Source of the DNA: Eledone cirrhosa
Lineage: Eukaryota
NCBI GenBank assembly: GCA_964016885.1
Contig: OZ024745.1
Location: forward strand, 78,492,001-78,556,000
Direction of reading: 5' to 3'
DNA: 64,000 nucleotides
Shown here in pieces: positions 27,717-40,478 of this stretch. The number at the start of each line of letters is the position of its first letter. Position 1 is the stretch's first letter. The notes beneath the pieces are model-generated. The model did not search any database. It was not told where the DNA came from and saw only the letters and a program-made list of their open reading frames with translations. The position numbers and the translations under genes were made by a program.

Positions 27717-28018
27717 AATATATATATATATATATATATATATTTGTCAAGTTATCTAAACGTAATGTTATTACTCTGAGGACCTACCCCTATTGAGTGC
27801 TTTGCTACTCATTCCTAATTGTAGGTCGACTTTGCTTGGCCACGGCCAAAGCTTCGATTTTACTAAGCTTCTACTTGTATATATATATATATTATCTATT
27901 GGAACGGCAAGAGTTCAGCAGTCGGTCACCGACTCTTTCTAATATAGTCACACTCTATAACACAAATATCGAGTATTCTGTTGAATAATGGTCTAACTAG
28001 TTTAATACTCGTTTTATC

Positions 28019-28058
<40 letters not shown>

Positions 28059-28312
28059 GAGGTTATATTTAATTTGTTGGGATTCAACAAGCTTAAAAAT
28101 GTGTATAACTGATATAAAGCACTCAACAGATTGGAGTAAATACACAATATATTAATAAATAGAAAATATATTTATAAAAAAATGTTTGCATATTCACTCA
28201 TAACTTTGTATTACCCTCAATAAAATATTATCTCCACTATCCAGGAAGCTCCAACCGTTAAGGTTGTCTTTTTTTCCGGGTATGTCAATATTTATTTATT
28301 TTCAAAAATCTG

Positions 28313-28378
28313 TATTTTATCTGATGAAAGCGCACCATAATTTGCCTTGGTTAACCTTGAAATATATATAATAAAATA
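28313..28378 (+). ncRNA. Type I hammerhead ribozyme motif within a PLE-like unit (~28060-28430)
   Basis: TATTTTAT-CTGATGA-AAG...CTT-GAAA-TATATA-TA-ATAAAATA. Perfect 8-bp stem I, canonical core, predicted cleavage after 28370. Confidence 0.75.
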
Positions 28379-28432
28379 AATATGGTTTTATAAATATAGT
28401 TTCCATTTATTAATATATTGTGTTGTATATAA

Positions 28433-28778
28433 CGTGAAGGCGCATTGCTTCGTGGTTAGAGTATCGTGGGGATGCGAGTTCGATTCCCGGAGCGGGCTGT
28501 GTATTGTCTTCTTGAGCAAGACACTTTTTTTCACGTAGCTCCAGTTTATTCAGCGGTAGTAATGGGTTGGAACGTCACGGGTGCCAACCTGTATCGGCCT
28601 TAGTCTTTCCCTTGGATAACATCGGTGATGAGGAGAGGGAACACTAGTGTGGGGGGGGGGGGGGGCGACAACTGTACATCCACAAGCAGCCCTGACCGGA
28701 CTTGGTCCTCGGAAGAAGACAACTTTCTAGGTGCAATTCCCATGGTCACTCATGGACGAAGAGTGGCTTTACTCTTTA
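28433..28778 (+). mobile_element. tRNA-derived CORE-type SINE
   Basis: Head GTGGTTAGAG..GAGTTCGATTCCCGG, then CTTGAGCAAGACACTTT..CTCCAGTTTATTCAGC. Confidence 0.7.
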
Positions 28779-29342
28779 TATATATGTTTGTGTGTGTGTA
28801 TGTATATGCATGTGTATATATATATGTATATGGATATATATATATATATATGCATATACATGTGTATATACATATATACAAGTGTATGTATGTATATGCA
28901 TATACATGTGTATATACATATATACAAGTGTATGTATGTATATGCATATACATGTGTATATACATATATACAAGTGTATGTATGTATACGCATATACATA
29001 CATACATGTATATACATATGCATGTATATATATATATATGTAAATGTATATATATGAATCAGTGTATATACATATGCATGTATATATATATATGTAAATG
29101 TATATATATATGCATCAGTGTATATCTATATGGATATATATATGTATATACATGCATATACATATGTATATACATATATACAAGTATATGTATGTATACG
29201 CATATACATACATACATGTATATACATATGCATGTATATATATATCTATATATATATATATATGTGTGTGTAAATGTATATATATGTATCAGTGTATATC
29301 TATATGCCTGTGTATATACATATACATGTGTATATATACATG
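28779..29342. repeat. TA/TG/CA minisatellite (~46-bp CATATATACAAGTGTATGTATG unit)
   Basis: Repeated low-complexity unit. Confidence 0.85.
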
Positions 29343-29381
29343 TTTCGGGGCAGAGCACACAAGAGGATCTGTTTACTTTAC

Positions 29382-29570
29382 GGCGGTGGATTGGTAGTAT
29401 CGGTAGAGGGTCGGATACCATGCTTTGACGCATAGAGTTACGGCCCTTGCCATTCTGAGTTCAAATCCCGCCTAGGTCAACTTTGCCTTTCATCCTTACG
29501 GGGTCGATAAAATAAAGTACCAGTAATACGCTGGGATAATTGCTGGCCTTGTATCAAAAGTGGAAACAAT
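29382..29570 (+). mobile_element. SINE family A, full length
   Basis: Head, B box, central domain and tail are all present. Confidence 0.88.
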
Positions 29571-29778
29571 TGTAATTATAATCATGAAGTACAAGTCAAC
29601 TTTGTTTATTCATAATTATGAATAGACTAAGTGAATTATAACTCGTTGATTTGTACTTCATGATTATATATATATGTATATATATATATATATATATATG
29701 TGTGTATGTATATGTATATGTATATATATATAGTTATAGTTATTTCTATATATGCATAGGCATATATATGTATATATA

Positions 29779-29810
<32 letters not shown>

Positions 29811-29959
29811 GGTGTAGGTGTTTATATGTGTGTATGTATAGGTATATATGCAGGTATATATATGTATATATATATGTATATGTATTAATATATATATATA
29901 TATATATATGTGTGTATATATCAAATATGTATTAATATATATATATATGTATATATCAA

Positions 29960-30022
<63 letters not shown>

Positions 30023-30177
30023 CACGTAAAATTTGTAAATCTGTGGCTAGTTGAGAGATAGAGTCCTATCGGTTGCCAGTTCCTAATCGCTTTACCGTGT
30101 CAGTTGTCACAAACTGTCATGACCGACATGGCCGGTGTTTGGATTTTGTCGAGCGATTGGTTATTGATTAGGCGATA

Positions 30178-30287
30178 CCCGCTGATGAAGCCGCATAAGC
30201 CGATTGTGCATTGTTGCATAATATATGCAGTCAGATGGTGCAGTGCATCTTACTGCTGCATTAGTGCGGCAGAAACTCGAGTCCGGG
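30178..30287 (+). ncRNA. Type I hammerhead motif with an extended, branched stem II, in a ~415-bp insert (30020-30435) between TA tracts
   Basis: CCCG-CTGATGA-A.GCCGCA(...)TGCGGC.A-GAAA-CTCGAG-TC-CGGG. Palindromic stem III and a GUC cleavage triplet. Confidence 0.8.
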
Positions 30288-30434
30288 CACCTTATAGGCA
30301 CCCGTTTTACGCGTGTTGTGTTGAGGCAAATAACTATGTGTATACTCTGGTAATGATCTTACATTGCCCATTGAGTGCGCTGAGATACAACCGGTACTGG
30401 CATTGATAAATATGCTGGGTCCGTCAACCCTTAT

Positions 30435-30479
<45 letters not shown>

Positions 30480-30532
30480 TATATATATATAGGTATATAT
30501 ATATAGGTATATATATATATATATATATATAT

Positions 30533-30573
<41 letters not shown>

Positions 30574-31151
30574 TATATATATATATATATATATATATAG
30601 GTATATATATATATATATATAGGTATATATATATATAGGTATATATATATATATATATATAGGTATATATATCAAATATGTATATATATATATATATATA
30701 GTTATATTTATCAAATATTTATATATAGGTATATTTATCAAATATTTATATATATATATAGGTATATATATCAAATATATATATATATATATATATAGGT
30801 ATATATATATCAAATATATATATATATATATATATAGGTATATATACCAAATATATATATAGGTATATATATCAAATATGTATATATATATATAGGTATA
30901 TATATCAAATATGTATATATATATATAGGTATATATATCAAATATGTATATATATATATAGGTATATATATGATATATATACATATATATAGGTATATAT
31001 ATCAAATATATATATATATACATATATATATGTAGGTATGTATATATCAAATGTGTATATATAGGTATATATATCAAATATGTATATACATATATAGGTA
31101 TATGTATGATATACATATATATATCTTTATATATATAGGTATATATATCAA

Positions 31152-31333
31152 GTGGATTGGCAGTATCGGTAGAGGGTCGGACGCCATGCTTTCCAGCATA
31201 GTTACATCCGTTTACGATCTGAGTTCAAATCCCGCCGAGGTTGACTTTGCCTTTCATCCTTACGGGGTCGATAAAATAAAGTACCAGTAATGCACTGGGT
31301 AATTGCTGGCCTTGTGCCTAAAGTAGAAACAAT
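31152..31333 (+). mobile_element. SINE family A, full length (3' end duplicated at ~31440-31500)
   Basis: Near-consensus copy. Confidence 0.9.
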
Positions 31334-31562
31334 TATATATATATTTATATATATAGGTATATATATCAAATATATATATATTATATATATATATTATATA
31401 TATATATATAGGTATATATATGAAATATGTATAAAGTACATAAAGTACCAGTAATGCACTGGGTAATTGCTGGCCTTGTGCCTAAAGTAGAAACAATTAT
31501 ATATATATTTATATATATAGGTATATATATCAAATATATATATATATAGGTATATATATGAA

Positions 31563-31601
<39 letters not shown>

Positions 31602-32030
31602 GTATATATATAGGTATATATATGAAATATGTATATATATAGGTATATATATGAAATATGTATATATAGGTATATATATGAAATATGTATATATAGGTAT
31701 ATATATGAAATATGTATATATATATATAGGTATATATATCAAATATATATATATATATATAGGTATATATATGAAATATGTATATATATATATATAGGTA
31801 TATATATCAAATATGTAAATATATATATAGGTATATATATCAAATATGTATGTATATATATATATATATAGGTATATATATATATATATATATGAAGTAT
31901 ATATATATATATATATATATAGGTATATATATATAATATGTATATATAGGTATATATATATACATATTTGATATATATACATAACTATATATAGGTATAT
32001 ATATATATATACATATTTGATATATATATA

Positions 32031-32067
<37 letters not shown>

Positions 32068-32077
32068 TTGATATATA

Positions 32078-32113
<36 letters not shown>

Positions 32114-32120
32114 ATATATA

Positions 32121-32156
<36 letters not shown>

Positions 32157-32479
32157 ATATATATAACTATATATATATATATACATATTTGATATATAGA
32201 ACTATATATATATATATATAAATATATATATATACATATTTGATATATATAACTATATATACATATTTGATATATATAACTATATATATACATATTTGAT
32301 ATATATAACTATATATATATATATATGTACATATTTGATATATATAACTATATATATATATATATATATTTTATATATATATATATATATACATATTTTA
32401 TATATCTCTTTTACTCTTTTACCTGTTTCAGCCATCCGGCTGAGGCCATGCTGGGGCACCGCCCTTGTTGCTACACATT

Positions 32480-35400
32480 TTATCTCCAGCTTGTATAGGT
32501 TTGCCACTGGTGCAAGAGGGAGTTTGTTGCTGCTGCCCTTAGGTTTCCCTCGTGTCTTGCTGTGGGCTCATCCGGGATCCTGGATAACAAGGTGTCGAGA
32601 TGTTTCTTAAAGACATTCACCTCCACGTCATGCAAGTCTCGCAGATGCCTCGGCAGCCTGTTGAAGAGTTGAGGGCCCTTGAATCCCAGGCTATTGCAAT
32701 ACCTGCTCCTTATTCTAGATGTGGAAGACGGGACCTTTGGCACCACACAGTGACGTCCTGTTCGACGGTTGGTCCAGCTCCCAATGCCAAAGTTTGGTGC
32801 TAGTCCCTCCAGGATTTTCCACATGTAGATCACTGCGTATCTCTCCCGTCTTCGCTCCAAGGAGTAGAGGTTCAGTTCCTTCAGCCTCTCCCAGTAGCTT
32901 GTCTCCCTCATCTTGGCAATCCTCTTGGTGTAGCTTCGCTGGATTGCCTCAAGCTCCGTGGTTAGTTTGACACTATGGGGTGACCACAGCTGGGAGCAGT
33001 AGTCCAGGCGGCTTAGGACAAAAGTCCTCCACAGTGTCAACATGGTGTCTCGATCTCTTGTAAGGAAAGTCCTCAAGATCCAGCCAGCGAATCGTCTACA
33101 TGCTGTCGCCACCTTCATGATGTGTGAAGAAAAAGATGCATCATCGCTCATGTCTATGCCCAGGTCTCGTATCGATTTTGACACGGGGATATCGGTCCCT
33201 CCTGGTCCTGTGTAGCTGTGTTCCGCTATATTTGTGTTTGTGTTTGCAGGTTTGTATTGTAGGGCTTGGAATTTGCCAGCATTAAACTGCATGTTGTTTT
33301 CTTCCGCCCATCTGTATATGGCATCCAGATCCTGCTGTAAGAGGGCAGCGTCAGCCGGGTTTTTGATTGCCTGTGCTACCTTAGTGTCATCAGCATAGCT
33401 AGTGAGGGAAGTTGTTGCATGCACCACAGAGGGCATGTCCGAGAGAGCCACCAAAAACAGTAGTGGTCCCAGGACTGTCCCCTGAGGCACCCCACTTGTT
33501 ATCGGTGTTTCCCTCGAGAGGGCCCCATTTGCTGCGACTGCCTGGCTTCTGTCCCTTAGGAAGCCATGCAGCCACTCACCTACTTTTCCAGTTATGCCGA
33601 GTCCGTGTAGTTTGTGACATATCATTCCGTGGTCGACCTTGTCAAAGGCCTTCGCAAAGTCAAGATATATCACGTCTACATGTGAGCTGTCTAGTAGTTG
33701 TCTCAGAACCCAGTCGTAGTGATGTAGCAGCTGTGTAAGACAGCTTCTTCCTGGGCGGAAGCCATGTTGCGTGCTAGTCAGGCGGTCATTTTCTTCGAGG
33801 AAAGTGATTAGTTTCTTTCTGACGACTCGCTCCATGACCTTACTGATATGCGACGTCAGGGAGACTGGCCTATAGTTCTTGGCCTCCGCTCTACTACCTC
33901 CTTTATGGATAGGGCATATTGTGCCTTCTTTCAGCTCCCTGGGTAGTACACCGCTAGCCAAGGAGCTTCTGAAGAGCATCTTCAGTGGAGTTGCTAAGGC
34001 CCGCTTACATATTTTTAGGAGAACTGCTGGGAATCCATCAGGTCCAGCAGCCGAGTCTGTTCTAATTTCATCAATGGCGTACACCACATCCTCCTCCGTT
34101 ATGTCTATGTGGTTGATGGTTGCCATTTCTTGATGTAGTGTTGTGGCATCAAAGAACTCCTCTGGCTTCGTTATTTGCATGTGCCTCAGTGGACATGTGA
34201 AGACACTTTTGTACTGTTCGTTCAGTATTTCACATATCTCTTGGGGATTTTCGGTTAATGAACCGTCCGTGTGGAAGAGTGGTCCAATCTTGCAGTGTAC
34301 TGAGGCAGTTTCTTTTGCAAATTTAAAGAAGGCCTTAGGGTTTGTTTTAATGTTTTCTATGGCCCTGTTCTCTTTCCTTGCCCTCTCATTCTCATGTGAA
34401 AGCTTGAGTGCAATCTCGGTGTCAAGTAGTGCACGTTTCAAATAGGATTCCTTCTTGTTTTGGTTTTGTTGACTATTCAACTGGTTTGAGAGTTTAGTTC
34501 TACGTCTCATAAGGATTTTCCTATCTCTGGGAATAAGATTTTTGTGTCTGTTTGCCTCTTTCTCCGGGACACACTTTTTGCATATGGTGTGTATCGTTGT
34601 CATGAAGTGTTGAAATTGTGTGTTAGTGTCTTGTGTGGCGATGTTTGCACTCCATGTTTGCTTCCGGATTTCACTCTTAATCTTCTTCCAGTCAGCCCCG
34701 TAGAAGTTAAGGCTGGATAGCGTCCCGGAGCTTCTTGGTGGTTTTGTCTTTGTTGGTTCTCTTGGACCACATATCATTAGCTCTACCAAGTTATGATCCG
34801 AGAGAATTGTTGGTGTCACCTTTACATTGTGGATGAGCACTTCGTTGTTTGTAAAACAGAGGTCCAGGACATTTTCGCCTCTTGTTGGGAGGAGTATTGC
34901 TTGCTCCATGAACAGCTTGTGTGTGAGGGCCAGCAGGGATTCCGTCTGTCTCTGTTCTATTGACGTCATTCCAGGGAGGAGGTGGCCCTCAGGTCATTTG
35001 ACCTTTGGTAGGTTGAAGTCTCCCAGCAGTAGGATGTTGTGACCCTGGTCCAGTTTGTCAAGGACCTCTTCTATCCTACTTAGGCTATCCTCAAATTTAC
35101 CCTCATGACTGGGGGCATCGGGCGGCCGATATGTGACACATATTACCGTCTGTAGTTGCTTCATATGTATTATCAGTGTGTCACAGACTGAGTTTGAATG
35201 TGTCAACAGTACAATTGGTGTGACATCTTCACGGATATACAGAGCAACCCCACCATGAGTTCTCTCCTTCCTGTCCGAACGAAATACAGTATATTTCGGT
35301 ATATGTATTTCTGCATCTGCTATACTGCTTGTCAGGTGCGTTTCGGTTAGTGCCATGCATAGTGCTTGATTGCTTATGGCTAAGTCTCCCAGGTAGGAAA

Positions 35401-35521
35401 TTTTACTCATGTTGCTGAGTTTCACCAGGCCCCTGACATTCAGCAGCAGCACTGGTGTGACTTTTGGGGTGCCAGTAATGGCTGTCGGTATGACACCTGG
35501 TCTGGTGTCAGCGGCGGCCAC
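32480..35521 (-). pseudogene. LINE ORF2: APE endonuclease plus reverse transcriptase, with one in-frame stop at 34994-34996
   Basis: Motifs LNVRGL, LTETHL, GGVALY, YRPP, GDFN, LDL, SDHN (APE) and GPDG, NYRPVSL, QHGFR, LDFAKAFD, GVPQG, YADD (RT). The two track ORFs (34994-35521 and 32480-34969) are in the same frame; the TGA sits where W is expected. Confidence 0.93.
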
Positions 35522-36374
35522 TCTGGGTCCCTTAACTGCGGTGGTCTCGAGTGCTGGTGTGGATGACCCTGGCTCTGGAGACGATGCAGCCAGGTCAGCT
35601 GTCCCACAATCTTCTCTGCCATCACTAAAAAATTTTTCTGATCTGCTGCTGCCATCTGTATCTCGTCGGCATGTGCGTGCCTTCTCCTTGTTGGTGCAGC
35701 ACGCGCGACATCAGCATACTTCTGGAGCGGCTTATTTCGGCTTAGGCATGTTGCGCGAGTATGATGGGCATAGTTCGTTTGAGACCTAGGGTGGGCGAAT
35801 CTGCATCCCATCCCTGTCTCTCCATGCCAGCATGTCCCGTTCTTGAAAAACTTGCACATTACTTGGGGTTTTTTGCTCCCAGTGTCTCGGTGCTTTCTGT
35901 TCTTTCTTTGAACAGTTGTCCACTGGTCCCTCTGCGCTTGGTTCTCCTTCGGAAGGTGATTTCGCTTTTCACCTTTGCCCTTAGCTTGTTGGTTGCCCGG
36001 CCTGCCCTCCCTGCCTGTAGCGGAGGGTATATCATTTTCTTTCAGGTCCGTGCTTGTGCTCTCCTCCTTTTCTTTTTCTTTTTCCTCTTCCCTTTCCCTC
36101 TCCTTCTCCTCATCCCTCCCTTCGGTTTTCTCCTCCCTGAGGACACGGCTTAGCATCGCCATATGAGGCGCTATGACGCCTTCTCAATTTCTTTTCTCTT
36201 TCTCTCTATCTGTACCAGGGTCCTCAGAAACCCATGGCTCTTCAGGTTCTCCGCCATCTTTTTGCTTGGTGGAGACCCATCAGCCATAGTCCACCCCTTG
36301 ATCAAAACCGCTAGTTCCATCTTCGACCAGTTTCGTTGACTCCTGATTTCACATTTTTCCTGCATGCAGTCCAT
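35440..36374 (-). pseudogene. LINE ORF1 (Myb/SANT-like N-terminus, charged linker, CCCH zinc finger), split by a frameshift near 36165-36180
   Basis: WSKMELAVLIKGW..KMAENLKSHGFLRTLVQIERKRKEI (36374-36171) and CKFFKNGTCWHGETGMGCRFAHP (36162-35440). Confidence 0.75.
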
Positions 36375-36883
36375 TTCGCTGTGGAGGGGAGAAAGAGAGA
36401 CAGTGGGAAGTGTAGGGTAGAGGTTAGAGAGGGACAGAGTGAGGGAGGGAGATAGAGATATAACTCCAGCGAGAGAAAGAGAAACAGAAGAAAAGAAAAG
36501 AAAAGGGGGAGACAGAAGAGGGAGCGAGAGAGATAGCGGGAAGAGTGGGGGGGAGGTCAGAGGGAGAGAGAGAGAGAGAGAGAGAGCTCGTTGATCTAGA
36601 GAGAGGGAGAAAGAGAGCTCGTTGATCGAGAGAGAGAGAGACGGAGAGAGAGAGAGGGAGAGAGAGGGAGGGAGAGAGAGAGAGAGAGAGAGGAAGGAAG
36701 GAGAGAGATAGAGACAGCGTGAGCAACAGCAGTTCATAAATATAAAAATAAATTTTTTAATTTAAATTAATGAATGGAAGAAACCGGAAACATAGAGATA
36801 TAGAAACACGATGTAAGTTGTATATATAAGCCGAATGTAAATGTTTGTTTACAAATATACGATATATACATATTTGATATATA

Positions 36884-36920
<37 letters not shown>

Positions 36921-36921
36921 T

Positions 36922-36977
<56 letters not shown>

Positions 36978-36978
36978 T

Positions 36979-37034
<56 letters not shown>

Positions 37035-37062
37035 TTGATATATATATATATATATACTTATT

Positions 37063-37116
<54 letters not shown>

Positions 37117-37144
37117 TTGATATATATATATATATATACTTATT

Positions 37145-37192
<48 letters not shown>

Positions 37193-37222
37193 TTGATATA
37201 TATATATATATATATACTTATT

Positions 37223-37260
<38 letters not shown>

Positions 37261-37265
37261 TTATT

Positions 37266-37309
<44 letters not shown>

Positions 37310-37310
37310 T

Positions 37311-37352
<42 letters not shown>

Positions 37353-37353
37353 T

Positions 37354-37397
<44 letters not shown>

Positions 37398-37668
37398 TTG
37401 ATATATATATATATATATATATACATATTTGATATATATAACTATATATATATATATATACATATTTGATATATATAACTATATATATATATATATATAC
37501 ATATTTGATATATATAACTATATATATATATATATACATATTTGATATATATAACTATATATATATATATATACATATTTGATATATATAACTATATATA
37601 TATATATATACATATTTGATATATATAACTATATATATATATATACATATTTAATATATATAACTATA

Positions 37669-38881
37669 TCAGGGTTGATCACAACATTCTACTGAGAAAG
37701 CTGTCCAATATTGGTGTCACTGGAAAGCTGCTGCAGTGGATCAAGAGCTTCCTGTCAAACAGAACCCAACATGTTGTAGTCGAAGGAGTCAAATCCAGCC
37801 CAGCCAAAGTCAGTAGTGGGGTCCCACAAGGCACTGTGTTGGGCCCACTTCTCTTCATCATCTATATTAATGACATCACTGACATCATCAAGCACAGCAA
37901 CATTAAAATTTTCGCTGACGATTCCAAGCTCGAAAAGGTCATCGATGGCGTGGATGATCGGATAAGCCTTCAGTCAGACTTACTGGCTGTTACCCAATGG
38001 GCGGAAAAGAACAACATGTTACTGAACGAAGACAAATTCGAACTGATCCACTTTGGAAAAGAGGATGCTCTGAAACTCCCGTACTCCCTTCCCTCCGGGG
38101 AAACTCTCGTGGCATCTAACAACATCAGAGACTTGGGAGTACCGTGGACAGCAACATAAGCTGGGCCACGCATATAAGCAGCAAAGTTGACATGGCCCGC
38201 AGAATGTGTTCCTGGATCTTCAGAACCTTCCAGTCGAGGGATTCCCACACCATTATCCTTCTCTTCTCTACTTTTGCCCGACCACACCTTGAATACTGTT
38301 GTCCACTGTGGTCTCCCCACACGAAACAAAGTATCATGAAACTTGAAGCTCCTCAAAGGGCAATCACGAAAAAGATAGATGGCATGTCAGACCTTGACTA
38401 CTGGGGTCGACTAGAAAAGCTGAAACTTTACTCACTCCAACGTCGCCGTGAGCGTTATATTATCTGCATGATGTGGAAAATGTTTCATCATCACTGCCCA
38501 AATGATGTTGGCATCACCTTCAAATTACACCCAAGGCTTGGGCCCCGTGCTATCCGTCCCAAACAAAAATCTAAATCGCAACTCATAACAACAATACGGC
38601 ACAATTATTTCACCTCAATTGGCCCTGCTCTCTTCAACATCACACCAGGACACGTCAAAACAGAAACTGACCACACAAAATTCAAGAAGTCTTTGGACAA
38701 ATTCCTCCAAGTAATCCCGGACAAACCACCCACACCCGGATATGTCTCCGCAAACAGTAATTCTCTTCTCGAATGGGCCATGGTGCCCAAATCCTGAATT
38801 GAAAGACTTCGCCAGGTGGTGCTATTAAGTTAGACATGGCCTGGGCCAATACTGGCCAAAACATTTCAAAGTTATTCAAAG

Positions 38882-38883
<2 letters not shown>
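37669..38883 (+). mobile_element. 5'-truncated CR1-superfamily LINE (second family): RT C-terminal half, frameshift near 38140-38147
   Basis: RVDHNILL..GVPQGTVLGPLLF..FADD..RPHLEYCCPLWSP..LYSLQRRRERY; tail TTCAAAGTTA repeated twice, running into (TA)n. Confidence 0.92.
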
Positions 38884-38914
<31 letters not shown>

Positions 38915-38917
38915 TAT

Positions 38918-38961
<44 letters not shown>

Positions 38962-39080
38962 TTTATATATATATATATATATACATATTTTATATATATA
39001 TATATACATATTTTATGTATATATATATACATATTTTATATATATATATATATATACATATTTTATATATATATATATAC

Positions 39081-39151
<71 letters not shown>

Positions 39152-39780
39152 ACATAAATTATCGAGATTCGTATTTCGGCCCACGAAATAACGAAAAACA
39201 ACCTCCGAGATGTGAGGCAAGCGCTCAATGGTTCAGATGAACCAGAGCTATAACAAACGTTAAAGGCCAAACACACAGAGACGATGGTTAAACATTCATT
39301 CGCATAGCCAAAAAAACGATCAAGTAATTCGGGTATTGAAAATTTACCCGGACCCCTGGAAGGTTGGTAAAATCCAGTATTTGGGTTTCTGCGGCTCCTA
39401 AATCAAGTACCGCCCGCTTACATAAATAATGTCAGGCTTCTGGTAAGATGATTGAACAAGGAAGCCACTTTCTCAACAGGTTTTAGTTCAATGTTAATAC
39501 AAGGACTGACTATTGCTGACTCCACGTGGGGATCGGCAAGGGAGGCAACCCCTATATCAGGCGAATAAATTCAGTTGTGTATATTTTTGCAAGAATGCAA
39601 AAACATCACAAATCGAATAGAGTTCTCAACAGAAGGGTTAAAATTAACATAAGCTATTCATTAGTCAATAGAATCAACTATATATATATATCATATATAT
39701 ACATATTTGATATATATATATATACACATATTTGATATATATAACTATATATATATATATACATATTTGATATATATAAC

Positions 39781-39812
<32 letters not shown>

Positions 39813-39839
39813 TATATATGTACACATATTTGATATATA

Positions 39840-39919
<80 letters not shown>

Positions 39920-40142
39920 TACACATATATTTCGTTTCTGAATTTGTTTAGCAAGATTCTTTATCTGAAAACGTGTGTTGAAACCGATATCGTTATACTT
40001 TGGGAGGGTCATGTTGCCAATAAGAAACAGACGCACCAGTTGCTTTCACTCCAATTTATTATAAATTAAATTCATAAATTTAAGAATTTATAAATTTCCG
40101 GTTGGTTGTTTGGTTCCACAACCGGACGGTTGTTCATATATT

Positions 40143-40185
40143 GTCAAAGTTCTTTCATCACACATTCTGTAACCTCTTCAGTGAC
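40143..40185 (-). ncRNA. Hammerhead motif (left arm)
   Basis: Minus strand: GTCA-CTGAAGA-G-GTTAC(AGAATGT)GTGAT-GAAA-GAAC-TT-TGAC. Confidence 0.65.
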
Positions 40186-40243
40186 TGGGGATTATTTTCT
40201 TTGTTGGCAAAGGAGAGGCACAAAAGAAAGAAAAGAATCCCCA

Positions 40244-40286
40244 GTCACTGAAGAGGTCACAGAATGTGTGACGAAAGAACTTTGAC
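40244..40286 (+). ncRNA. Minimal type I hammerhead motif (right arm)
   Basis: GTCA-CTGAAGA-G-GTCAC(AGAATGT)GTGAC-GAAA-GAAC-TT-TGAC. Confidence 0.72.
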
Positions 40287-40434
40287 AATATATGAACAAC
40301 CGTCCGGTTGTGGAACCAACCAACCAACCGGAAATTTATAAATTTTTTAATTTATAAATTTAATTTATAATAAATTGGAGTGAAAGCAACTGGTGCGGGT
40401 GTTTCTTATAGGTAACATGGCCCTCCCAAAGTAT

Positions 40435-40478
<44 letters not shown>

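Larger units (their letters stand above)
32405..36861 (-). mobile_element. Near full-length CR1-superfamily LINE inserted in the TA satellite
   Basis: CT-rich 5' UTR, ORF1, APE-RT ORF2, and a short 3' UTR GGCGGTGCCCCAGCATGGCC..GCTGAAAC followed by a GTAAAAGA tandem tail. Confidence 0.93.
39930..40442. mobile_element. Penelope-like inverted terminal segments (arms ~39987-40201 and 40228-40442) flanked by TA/CA tracts
   Basis: Arms are reverse complements and each carries a hammerhead; same family as 18240-18542. Confidence 0.88.

Noticed and set aside
32600-36166. Plus-strand ORFs overlapping the LINE
   Set aside because: Antisense shadows of ORF1 and ORF2.
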